64,000 nt of DNA from Rhynchobatus australiae (taxonomy: Eukaryota). A model generated the notes under the pieces. That model worked only from the letters and a program-made list of their open reading frames with translations. It was not told the DNA's origin and did no database searches. Made by a program: the position numbers and the translations under genes. Positions 53,096-64,000 of the stretch are shown here, piece by piece. The stretch is taken from contig JAUZTB010000075.1 in assembly GCA_034780895.1 (NCBI GenBank), forward strand, positions 2,163,832-2,227,831. The letters run 5' to 3'. How positions within the stretch are numbered: position 1 is the first letter of the stretch; every line of letters starts with the position of its first letter.

Positions 53096-53954
53096 CCCAT
53101 TGCCTTGTTGCCTTAATGTTTTTAAGTTTGATCTTTTAACATTTTTCTGCACTCTGATCCTACGTGCTGCCCACTTCTGCTCCTGCCGCTTTGTTCACCA
53201 TGTTTCCAACTTTAACTTCCAGCTTCGTTCCTCTCCCTCCTGACTCCCATCTCTAGTGAGGACCTTCCCCCAAAGCCCCAGCAAATCCCCTGCAAGGATG
53301 TTGTTCCTGCTGAAGTGTGACCTGTCTGACGTGCACACGATTCACTGCTCTGAGAAACAGTAGCAAATTCTCTGACATCTGAAGCTGTCCCTCCCGCAGC
53401 ACTCCCTCAGCCACTCATTCCTTTGTGCACTGGCAGGTAGCACAGAGAGTCATCTTAGGATCTCACTGGGAGTCATCTTAATCCTAAAATGACAACCTTA
53501 CAGGGTCTTCTTTTTAATCACCTTCACTGTTCTCTAAAGCATACTTGTAGGACCTCATCCCTGCTCCTAATGTGGTCGACAGCTTCTGCTCGGACCCCCT
53601 TGCTTCAGGCTGCTGCGGATATTGTCTCACTAATGACATCCTTGGCCCTGGTACCAGTGGTCAAGGATGTCATCAGTCACACAACATACATCCCACCCTG
53701 GAGTCACGTCCACAGCCATAGTATCTCCTTGCTATTGAATCCCCCGTCACTGATGGGCTCTTGCTCTTCCTCCTCCCTCCCGCGCAGCTGATCCACTTTC
53801 GGTACCACAGTCTCCAGGGGAACCATCACCGACACTGGTATCCAATAGGGCGAGATGGAGGTGGGGACTCGTAGACTGCCTGCTAGCCCTTCGTAGTCTG
53901 CCTGCTGGTCCCCTGGTCCTGTTGTCATTTATAAACCATAGCATCACACTCAGC

Positions 53955-54228
53955 CTGGCAAAGGGAACCAAAAACTAGAGGACATGGGTTTAAAGTGAGC
54001 GGGGAAAGATCTAAAAAGGAACTTCTTCACGCAGAGGGTGGTGCATACATGGAGCGAGCTGCCAGAGCGAGTTGTTGAGGCAGGAACAATGACAACTTTC
54101 CAAAGACACTTGGGTAAGTTCATGGATAGGAAAAGCTTAGAGGGATTCAGGCCAAGCCGGGGCAAGTGGAACTAGCTGAGGTGGGTGCCTTGGTTGGCCT
54201 GTGCTGTATTACTCTCTGACTCTATAAT
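53955..54228 (+). mobile_element. CR1 LINE 3' fragment
   Basis: TRGHGFKV...NFFTQRVVHTWSELPERVVEAGT. Confidence 0.8.
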
Positions 54229-54624
54229 ATCAATGCCTCTAACGTTCCCGTTCTCTGGAGACCCGCTGACTCTTTGGACAGTGTTTCCCCTACTGAGCTT
54301 TCCTACTGTCGCTTCAACCTCACCAAAATCCCCTAACCCTACTAAAACATAGGTACAGTACAACGGTGAATGGCCTTTTGCTAAATGGCAGTGACTCTGT
54401 GCTGGCACACAGAAAGTGATCTTTAACCCTAAGTAACAGTAATCCTACAGTTACACAGTGACTAACCCTAGCCTGAATAACAGTGACTCACTCATAGTTA
54501 CATATTAAGTAATCCTTACCATAAATAAACAGTGACTGCTCATAGTCAGCCTTCCCAGAGCTCCATCAGTACTGCCCTTCTGATAATGCAGATTCTTCTG
54601 TGATGGCTCTCCAGCAGGGAGGTG

Positions 54625-55106
54625 ATCCCTCAGTACTGCCCCTCCCACAGTACAACCCACTCTCAGTACCGCCCCCCAGTGCGACCCTCCGTCAGTACTG
54701 CCCCTCCCACAGTGTGACCCTCCGTCAGTACTGCCTCTCCCTCAGTGCGACCGTCCGTCAGTACTACCCCTCCCACAGTGTGACCCTCCCTCAGTACCGC
54801 CCCTCTCACAGTGCAACCCTCCCTCAGTACCACCCCTCCCACAGTGACCCTCCCTCAGTACCCCTCCCTTCCACCCCTCTCATAGTGCAACCCTCCCTCA
54901 GTACCGCCCCTTCCACAGTGACCCTCCCTCAGTACCGCCCCTCCCACAGTGTGACCCTCCCTCCCTACCGCCCCTCCCACTGTGTGACCCTCCCTCAGTA
55001 CCACCCCTCCCACAGTGACCCTCCCTCAGTACCCCTCCCTACCACCCCTCTCACAGTGCAACCCTCCCTCAGTACCGCCCCTCCCACAGTGACCCTCCCT
55101 CAGTAC
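54625..55106. repeat. ~31-33-nt minisatellite (CCCTCAGTACYGCCCCTCCCACAGTG[TG]ACCCT)n
   Basis: About 14 tandem units running into an N gap. Confidence 0.9.
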
Positions 55107-55292
55107 NNNNNNNNNNNNNNNNNNNNNNNNNNNNNNNNNNNNNNNNNNNNNNNNNNNNNNNNNNNNNNNNNNNNNNNNNNNNNNNNNNNNNNNNNNNNNN
55201 NNNNNNCCCGCCTTCCAGTGTTCTCCACAACTGCACTTCCAGATTTTCACAACCAGAACATCCAACTGGACGAGAGCTCACTCAGTATGACC

Positions 55293-58200
55293 CTTTTTTT
55301 TATTATAAACATTTATTCACTAAAAGCACCACAAAACACTACAAAACGGACAGCCAGTGCCCAACACAACAGCTATTACAGAAGAAAGAAACTACGCACA
55401 CGACACGACTACAAGAATAGCAAACTAAAATTAAACGAAACGCACACGTAAACCCGCTAACACGATGTGCGACACTTCAGATGAGGATCGCCCTCCCCCG
55501 AGGGGCCCAACAAGCACGGAACTCGACCAGGGTGCCCACAGAGGCCGTGTGCTCCCTCTCCAATGACACCTGTGCGGAAGACATGCAGGCAGGCTGAGTG
55601 GCTGCCACCCTTAGCCGCCCGCCGCCGCGTCCCACGGGTGGCCGGCTTGGCCAGGCCCAGCAGCAGACCCACCAGGAGATCCTCCGTGCGCCCGGCCCCG
55701 CCCCGCACCGGGTGGGTGTCCGTAGATGAACAGTGTCAGGCTGAAGTGTAGCCAGAACTTCAGCAGCAGCAGCCCCCTCAGGTACGTGAAGAGGGGCTGC
55801 AGCCACTCGCACTCCGCGTACGCGTGGTACACCGTCTCCTCCCAGCCACAGAGGTGACAGGCGGCCAGGGTGTCAGTGAACCGGCTCAGGAATCAGTTGC
55901 ACGGTACCGCCCGGTGCAACACCCTCCACCCCAGGTCCCTGATGTACAGCGGGAGGACCCGCGTAGAGAGACCCCCACCGGGGACCCCCCTCGCTGCCCG
56001 TCGGCAAGACGGTCCGCCACGGTGTGTCCAGCTGGCAGACCAGGGCGAGGAAGTGGAAGGTGTGCAGGAGCAGCCCACACGAACCGCCGCGGCACCTCGT
56101 GGAACGGCACCATCGGCGCCTCCCCCAGGCAGATCAGGTTGAGCCGCACCGCCTCCCGCGAGAGACGCCAGGCCCTGGGGCCGACCAACAGCTCCAGTGG
56201 GGGCCGGCACGGCTGCGACCCCCCTGGTGCTCGCTGCTGCGCAACACCGCGCCCCACACCCGTATCAGATCCCAGTAGAACCTGGGCAGCCCCCACGCGG
56301 CGGCGCGCCCCCTCTCCCCGGCGGAGGAAGTAGGTGGCCAGCGCGTGGCACCCCGGGGGGCGCTCGGTGTACAGGTACCTCTGCAGCGCGCGGAGGTGGA
56401 GGGCCACCAGCGACTGACCCCCCTCCACCATCGGCAGACTCAGGACCGCTGCAGAGACCCTGTGTCCTCGGCCGCCCCAGAAGTCCGTCCGCCTCCCTCT
56501 GGGTGGTGGTGATGAAGATGTTGGGCGGCACCAGTGTGGCCGGTACCACAGCACGGGGGCCACCAGCTGGTTGATGACCAGCGCCCTGCCCCGGTACGAG
56601 GTCGCCCAGAGCAGCCCCGACCAGCGCCCCAGCCGGGCAGAGACTTTCGCCCCCAACTCCTGCCAGGAGCCCTCGGCCGGAGACAGGTAGACCCCCAGGT
56701 AGAGGAGGTACGTGGTGCTCCTCTCGAGGGGCCGCAACTCCTCCGGCAGGGAGTCCACCCACCACAGACCCGCCAGCAGACCCGAACACTTGGCCCAGTT
56801 GACCCTGGCGGAGGACAGGGCCGAGTAGACCCCTGACACTCGCGCATCCTCCGCAGGTCCACCAGGTCGGTGACCGCGAGGAGGACATCGTCGGCCAAGA
56901 GGACGACCTCCGTCGCCGGCTCGCGCAGGACCAGACCCGTCAGGCACTTCCGAAGAAGGCACAGGAACGGCTCCGTGCAGATCGAGTACAGCTGCCCCGA
57001 CATGGGGCAGCCCTGGCGCACCCCCCTCCCGAAGTGAAAGGGCGCCATCAAGGACCCGTTGACATTGACGAGGGTCTCCGCCGCGGCGTACAGCAGCCGG
57101 ACGCGGGCTGCGAAGTGCGGCCCGAACGCGCACAGGGTCCGAGCAAGTACCCGTGATCCACCCTGTCGAACGCCTTCTCCTGGTCGAGGGAGAGGAAGGC
57201 AGCCGACACCCCAGCCTCCCGACACAGGTACATCAGGTCCCGGACCAGGTGGACGTTGTCCTGGGTGGACCGGCCCGGGACCGTGTACGACTGGTCGGGG
57301 TGGATCATCGTGTACTCCGTGCAGAGGAGAGACACCGGGCGCCAGTTCCGCAAACTGCGGAGATCCCCCTTCGGCAGCAGCACCACGACCGCCCTGCGCC
57401 GAGAGAGGGGCATCTCGCCCGTCGCCAGGCTCTCCCCCAGCACCCTGGCGCAGTCCTCCCCCAGGAGGTCCCAGAAAGCCCAGAGGAACTCGACCGTCAG
57501 CCCATCCAGCCCCAGGGCCTTGCCCCACCGCAGCCGGTCCAGGGCGCCGGTCAGCTCCTCCAGACTCGGGAGCTTCCAGCCACTTGACAGCCTCGGGCTG
57601 ACTGGCGGCAGACCCTCCCACAGAGTCGCGCACGCCTCCTCGCTGGACGGAGCTGCGTAGAAGGCCCGAACCTCCCGGATGATTCCCGCCTGATCCGTGA
57701 CCGAGGAGCTGTCCTCCACCAGCAGCTCCACAAGCTGCCTGCGCGCCCCACCAGCGCTCCAGAGAGTAGAGGAAGGGTGAGGCGTGGTCCAGATCCTGCA
57801 GCATCTGGACCCACGATCGCACGTAGGCGCCATGGGACCTCTCGAGCTGCAGGTCCCTCAGCGCCTCCTTCACCCCCTGGTACCTGCGCCAGAGGGGTAA
57901 GTCCTCGGCGGCGGGTCCCAGCCGAGACTCTGAGTCGAGCTGCTCGATCTCGGACACCCGCCCCTTGGTCGCCCCTCGCGCGTGCTCCTGGCAAAAGAGA
58001 CGGACGTGAGCTTTGCCCATGTCCCACCAGAGCCTCAGGGAGGAGAAACCCTGCAGTTCCCCCCTCCAAGCCTCCCAAAACAGGCGGACTGAGTGCCACC
58101 CGCACCAGGCGGTGGTCCGAGCAGGCCACTGGCCGCATGGAGGCCACCGACACGCGGGAGACGTGCGCCTCAGACACGTAGATCTGATCGATCCGCGAAC

Positions 58201-59308
58201 CTCCGCTCCCCCGGACCTCTGCGAGAAAGCACGGGAGGCCGGATGAAGGTTTCGCCAGACGTCGACCCGATCGAATGATCCGACCAGGCCCCGCAACAGC
58301 CGCACGGCTGCTCTGGGGTCCGGAGTGATCCCACTCCCCGAGGATCACGCACTCGCCTCGATCAAAAGAGCCCACCAGGGCAGACGCCTCCTGAAAGAAG
58401 GGCGCTTGCATCAGGCCGAGCTCGGGGGCGTACACGTTGACGAGGCGCAACGGCACACCATCCGAGCGCACGGTGAGATAAAGCAACCGTCCCGGCACCT
58501 GTTCCCGAACCGTCAATATCTCAGGCTGGAAGGTTGGGGCCAACAGGATGGCCACCTCGCTCGAGGTGGAGCTGAGGTGACTCATGTAGACCCCCCCACG
58601 CCACTCCAGGAGCCAAGCAGACTCATCTCCTGCAGGAAGCTCACCAGGACCGAGAGGTGGTGGAACCTGCGGAGAGACCCCCCGCCACCATTGATGTTCA
58701 GGCTGCCGACGGTGACCCTCATGTAGGCTACGGCGCTACTCTCCGCGGTGCTACAGGTGGAGGGAGCAGGGCTCCCCACTGAGCTCCCCTGCACCCTGCA
58801 CTCGGCCTCCAGGAGAAGTTTCAGCACCCGGAACCGGCGCCTCCTGCCGGTCCAAACCCACTCCCTTCCACTGGTCGAGGACGTCGCAGATGGACCGCAG
58901 GACGCCGGGCTGATTCCCCCACTGGGAGGCGGCCAGTTTGGCCTTGTTCTGCTTCCTCCAGGAACTCCTGGATCCCCTCCACGGTGACGGGCCTCGACAC
59001 GGGGCCGGGGACGAGGTCGTCCCCCAGCTCGTCAGCGGAGCCACTGTCATCCCCGCTCCCCAAACTCTCGCCAGTCTCCGGGCAGTCACCGTCACCGGTC
59101 GACGCCCCCACCTCAAGCCGAGCCGGATCTCCCGCGGCGTACCCCTCCCCAGGGGTCACCCCACCCCCAGGAGCAGCGCGCCCGGAGGAGACCCCACCCC
59201 CAGGAGCAGCGCGCCCGGAGGAGACCCCACCCCCAGGAGCAGCGCCCGGAGGAGACCCCACCCCCAGGAGCAGCGCCCGGAGGAGACCCCACCCCCCTGG
59301 GGCCTGAG
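55293..59308 (-). mobile_element. Tx1-type (L1 clade) non-LTR retrotransposon; ORF2 frameshifted, 5' end lost in a gap
   Basis: ORF2 starts at ~58722. EN: MRVTVGSLNING...FLQE, LVNVYAP. RT: WRPVSLLC, LDQEKAFDRVDH, GVRQGCPMSG, LADDV, YLGV. Zinc motif: CHLCGWEETVYHAYAEC. AATAAA plus a short poly(A) at 55293-55318. Confidence 0.9.
59161..59300. repeat. 31-33-nt tandem repeat within the Tx1 ORF1 region
   Basis: Four to five copies of CCACCCCCAGGAGCAGCGC(GC)CCGGAGGAGACC. Confidence 0.9.
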
Positions 59309-60004
59309 NNNNNNNNNNNNNNNNNNNNNNNNNNNNNNNNNNNNNNNNNNNNNNNNNNNNNNNNNNNNNNNNNNNNNNNNNNNNNNNNNNNNNNNNNNNN
59401 NNNNNNNNTGTTTTTCTCCACGGATGCTGCCTGGCCTGCTGAGTTCCTCCAGCATCATCGTGTTTTTCATCCTCCTCACTACTGCCCCTCTGGTAACCCT
59501 CACTCAGCACAGTCCCTCCAATGGTTGGCCTCGCCAGTACTGCCCTGGGTGTGTTGGCCCAGTTTACAGGCTGTAGTCTCTGGAGGGAGAGCTGAAAGGT
59601 TTGCCTTTGACGAAGGTCTAAAGCTGCCTGTAGAGCCATGGGTGCCACTGACACCTCAACTCCCCCCCTCTCAAACTTTACAGGTCATTCTACAGCTGGG
59701 GCCACAATGGTACAACAACATCACTTCCTGTTGGTATCATGGTATCATGTCCCATTTTAACCCATGATTCCAATCAAGCCGTTTCTCTGTTTATTGATAA
59801 ACGTACTGTACATTTTAGTTTTGCTTTCATTGGATGTTTTTCTGTCAAACCTCCTTATTCCAAACTCACCTCCTTGTTCACTTTCAGCTCTCTCCTTGTT
59901 GCCCCCAACACCCTTCAGTGGGCATGTGAGAGAGAATAAGTTACAGGGAAAGTGCGAAGGGGAGCAGGTTTAGTAGAAAAAAAGGGAAAGAAGGGTGTGT
60001 GCAT

Positions 60005-60450
60005 TCACCCTCTACGCCCCTCATGATTTTATGCACCTCTGTAAGGTCACACCTCAGTATCCTACACTCCAAGGAATAAAGTCCTGGCAACATTCACATA
60101 AATCTTCTTTGCACTCTTAAAAGGATGTTTTTCGTATAACAGTATTCCAACAGTGGCCTCACCAGCGTTTTGTACAGCTGCAAGCTAATGTCCCAACTCC
60201 ATGCCCTGACTGATGGCCAGCAGGCCAAACGCCTCCTTCACCACCCTATCTACTTGTGATGCCACTTTCAGCGAACCATGTCCTTGCAGCCCTCGGTCCC
60301 TCTGTGCCACAAGACTCCCCATGGTCCTACCATTCACTGTACAAGTCCTACCCTGGTTTGACACCTTGCACTTACCTGAATTGAACACCATTAGCCGATC
60401 CTCAGCCCACTTGCCCAGTTGTGCAAGGTCCTTGTGTGATATCTGAGATC
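60005..60450 (-). mobile_element. CR1 LINE fragment
   Basis: KDLAQLGKWAEDRLMVFNSGKCKV...SLKVASQVDRVVKEAFG. Confidence 0.8.
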
Positions 60451-61869
60451 TATCTGTGCAAATCATAGCTGACTAGAAAGTTGTTCCCAAAGATGATCCC
60501 CAGTTTCAAGCTACACACTTCACATTCTTCATAAGCAGAGTGGTGTCAAACATAGTCTCATTCCTTCATTTCATTCGGCAGGAGCTCACAACAGTGACTG
60601 AAGCTGTCTAGAAGTCAGTATTCCAAACTCAGTATGAAATGTTGCTTGGCCAATTTCTTCCTAAATAACTCTGCCATTACAAAGGGATCTGCCCCTGCAG
60701 AACTCTTGATGAAGAGGAGATATGTGTAAGTCTTTTCCATCCGAATTTGGCTTCTAGAGTTGAAGTGAAGCAGTGTGTGTAAATGATTGTGTCCCAGTAC
60801 TAACTCTCAGTGTCCAGTAAGGATGAGCACACTGTATCCGTGTGTCGGTCCCTATTGAACAGTAGAGTTAAGTAGTGTGCCTGCTACGTAACAACGTAAT
60901 ATTGTTACAGTCTGGAGCATTCCATCCGCAGCAGGAATTTAAAGTCTCGACATGTACACAGTTTCAGTGTGTTGAACAATTACCTCTTTGAGTATTTCTG
61001 CAATATTTAATTGCATTTGTGAAGACAATTTACTGGGACACTTAGTGGCTGTAACACTTTTTCCTGTTATACACATAGTCAGGGCTGGTACACTCAGTCC
61101 CTTCAGTCCCTGTTATACATACACACACACACACACACACACACAGAAGCACACAGGTGCACATGCACACAGAGATGCACACAGACACACTTACAGACAC
61201 ACACATATGTGTACGCACACGCACACACAGAGTCAGTGCTAGGACCCACAGTTCTGTTTAATGCAGTCATCTCCGGGACATTCAGTGCCTGTTGTACACA
61301 CAGTCACTGCTGGGACACTGAGTCCTTGTTTGGCTCACTCAGTCCTGAGGCATCAGTGCTGTGCTGTCACAGACGCAGCCGTAAGGATGCCGGTCACTGG
61401 GTGTGGCTCTCTCGATTGAACCCACTGTCCCACTAGTGTTTTGGGAGGAGATTATCTCTGGCTTCACCCTTCACACCATCTCCCCCACAGTCGCACTTTC
61501 TAAATGCCAGTCCTGATCCGACCCCTGCACACTGCTCCTGTATGAAGGGGGTGCTCTCATTTAAATTCAGAGTGATTTGTATCTTGAGTTTAACTATTTC
61601 CTGACCAGCAGGAGTGGTGTAATGTCTCCAGGCAGCCTGCCTGTACATCAGAGTGCCAGAGAGGCCGGATCGGGGTGGGACTGGGGAACATTGCCAACAC
61701 CCCGAGTGTCAGTGCCGGGGGCGGACAGGGAGCAAGGTTGGGGACCACCGTTGGCCTCCACTCTGTAAGCAAGAGAGAGGGAATCTACAGTGATTGGTGA
61801 AAGGAGGTGATGGCTGTCACAGTGGAATAGTCTTCCTCTTAGGCAGTGTGGACTTTCACTCCATTGAGA

Positions 61870-62110
61870 GGGGTGGGTAGGTGATGGGACAGGTGGAGAG
61901 TGATTGAGGAGGGGGTGACGGGACAAATGGTGGGTGATGGGAGGGGGTGATGGGACAGGCAGTGGGTGATGGGAGAGGCGGAGAGTGATGAGAGAGGTTG
62001 ATGGGACAGGCGATGAGTGCCAGGACAGGCAGAGGTGATGGGAGGGTGTGACGGGACAGGCGGTGCGTGACGGGATGGGAGGGGGTGATGGGACAGATGG
62101 TGGGTGATGA
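61870..62110. repeat. Diverged GTGATGGGACAGG tandem repeat
   Basis: Repeated GTGATGGGA/GACAGG units. Confidence 0.75.
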
Positions 62111-62433
62111 CACAGCCTCCCCTGACCCTATTCGGCACCGTGTGGGCCCATTGGACGCTATCACTCTGCACGTCGTCAGGCAGCTGATGTTTACTCCTCA
62201 TCGCTTCATCAATGCCGACAGCCGCCCCTCTGCGGAGCTGGTCCACACCGGAAGAGGATTGGCTTGAGATCACTGGGAGGCAGGAACAGAAGAGATTCCC
62301 ATCTCAGCTGGTCAGTGAGGCAGGGAGTGAGTTAAAGCCCAGCTCAGTGCCCTGTGCCAGAACCAGATCGGATGTAAATAACTCCAGAGCTACTGTGCAC
62401 TCCAGCTGAGTGCAGTGGCTGCAAAGTCTTTTA

Positions 62434-62456
62434 CTCTCTCTCTGCCTCTCTCTCTG

Positions 62457-62510
<54 letters not shown>

Positions 62511-62517
62511 CACACAC
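62434..62517. repeat. (CT)n(CA)n microsatellite
   Basis: Directly visible. Confidence 0.95.
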
Positions 62518-62849
62518 GCCCTCCTTGAACTTCATGAGTGACAGAAAAGTGCTCCAGTCAAAACGTGAACTTGATCAGAGGACTTTAGCCCAGCTGCTGA
62601 AGGGAGAAGGTTCGAGGACAGGAGGAGCAAACACTGTCTGTGGAACTCAGCTGGACTAAGGCTTCGTCAGACCAACTGTAAGTGAATGTTTTATCCAAAA
62701 TTCAGCGCTCAAAGGAAATGTTTTTATAGTTTCCACTGCTGGTTTGGGAAGGAATGTGTTTGGCAGAGCTGCCGCTCTACTGTTTCCAGGGGTCTGTCAG
62801 TCTGATCAACAAACAGTGTCTGACTCACATTAAGCTGCACTGTGACAGG

Positions 62850-63330
62850 GTGTGTGTCTGTCACACTCTGTGTGTCATTTCATGTGTCTGTCAGTGTCGG
62901 TGCCGTGTCCTGTATACATAAGTATTTGTGTGTGTGTGTTTGTGTGCATGTGTTTATGTCTGCGGTTCCATATGCATGATACGGTATGGTACATGTATGT
63001 GTCTGTGGTTGTGTGAATGATGTGTGTACATTAATGTGTGCATGTTGGTGTGTGTGTTTGTGTCCCTGGTCATGGTGTCTGTGCATACATAAGTGTGTGT
63101 GTGTGTGTTTGTCTGCATTGGTATGTGTGTGTGGTTTTGATTGTGTGTATGAAATTGTACATTAATGTGTGCTTATGTCTGTGTTGCGCTTGTATGAGTC
63201 TGACGTGTGTGTGTTTCTGTCTGCTGTGCGTTTTTCTCTGTGTGCATGTTTATGTGTGTGTGTGTTCTGTGTGCACATGTTTTTGTGTGTGTTTATTCGC
63301 GTGTGTGTGTGTGTGTGTGTGTGTGTGTTG
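62850..63330. repeat. Imperfect (TG)n tract
   Basis: Directly visible; a (CA)n tract also lies at 61118-61229. Confidence 0.95.
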
Positions 63331-63589
63331 TCTTCAATCGATGGTGCTCTTCGACAGTGCATGGTGTTGTTGACCAGTGTATGACCTGCTTTTGGGGATG
63401 GGCTGATTGAGGTCCCTGGGCNNNNNNNNNNNNGTGTGGAGGAGGGAGAGGAGCAGGTGGACTCCCACATCAATCTGAATAATTACCCAGAGACTCAAAT
63501 TAATGCTGACGGGCTGAGCTGGTTGGTCTCTGAGCGCCCAGAGATCCTCACTGCAGACAGGGTGAACCCATGGCTTTCAAAGGGAGAAT

Positions 63590-63850
63590 GACTTTCATTT
63601 CTGTAGCACCTTTCACTGCCTAAGGACACCACAAACTGCCTTGCACCCAGTGTAGTGACAAAAGTATGTCAGTGAACGTGTGCACAGCAAGATCCCACGG
63701 TCAGTGGTGATGTTGCCATCGGGGAGATTTCCTCTGCTCTTCAAAACAGTTTGGATCTCCACAAAATTCTCATCTGAAGGGCGGTACCTCAGACAATGCT
63801 ACCCCTCCCCTGTGGCACCAGTCTGGGTATCTTCTGTCCTAGTGTCTCTG
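63590..63850 (-). mobile_element. Deu-domain SINE (SacSINE1-like)
   Basis: The minus strand contains GTGGGATCTTGCTGTGCAC, GTGAAAGGTGCTACAGAAATGAAAG and CCTTCAGATGAG, motifs recalled from DeuSINE consensus sequences. Confidence 0.65.
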
Positions 63851-64000
63851 GAGTGGGATTTGAGCCATCGGCTCCCTGACCCAGAGTCGGGAGTGGGACT
63901 TGAACCGTCAACTCTCTGACTCAGAATCGGGAGTGGGACTTGAACCATCGGCTCCCTGACCCAGAGACAAGAGTGGGACTTGAACCGTCAGCTCTCTGAC
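63851..64000. repeat. 40-nt tandem repeat of the SINE tRNA head, alternating A/B units
   Basis: GAGTGGGAYTTGARCC recurs at 63851, 63891, 63931 and 63971. Confidence 0.9.

Noticed and set aside
56440-58305. 621-aa ORF as an independent gene
   Set aside because: It drifts in and out of the true frame of the frameshifted Tx1 ORF2; high GC suppresses stop codons.

Overview
This is vertebrate genomic DNA from a gap-rich draft assembly. Its repeats (CR1, Rex1/Babar, Penelope, tRNA-derived and Deu-domain SINEs) point to a cartilaginous fish, which is an inference. It contains two + strand spliced genes. The first is the 3' part of a ZIP14-like metal transporter (SLC39A14; exons 3737-3925, 5467-5651 and 6607-6750, with one exon presumably lost in an N gap). 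The second is an almost complete calcineurin A catalytic subunit gene (PPP3CC-like; 13 of 14 coding exons found between 20047 and 46049). That gene has a GC-AG intron, a 30-nt cassette exon and an unusually long Ser/Gln-rich C-terminal tail. The SLC39A14-PPP3CC order matches human 8p21. The most striking oddity is an intact, isolated KDEL-receptor first coding exon (20346-20436) 238 nt downstream of calcineurin exon 1, in the same splice phase. It could create a membrane-anchored calcineurin chimera, or it could be a misassembly. Also present: an internally deleted Gypsy-like LTR element, a GC-rich Tx1-type LINE, a 28S rRNA fragment, hammerhead-ribozyme-like cores in Penelope ends, and SINE-derived minisatellites. 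All calls were made by eye, without database searches.
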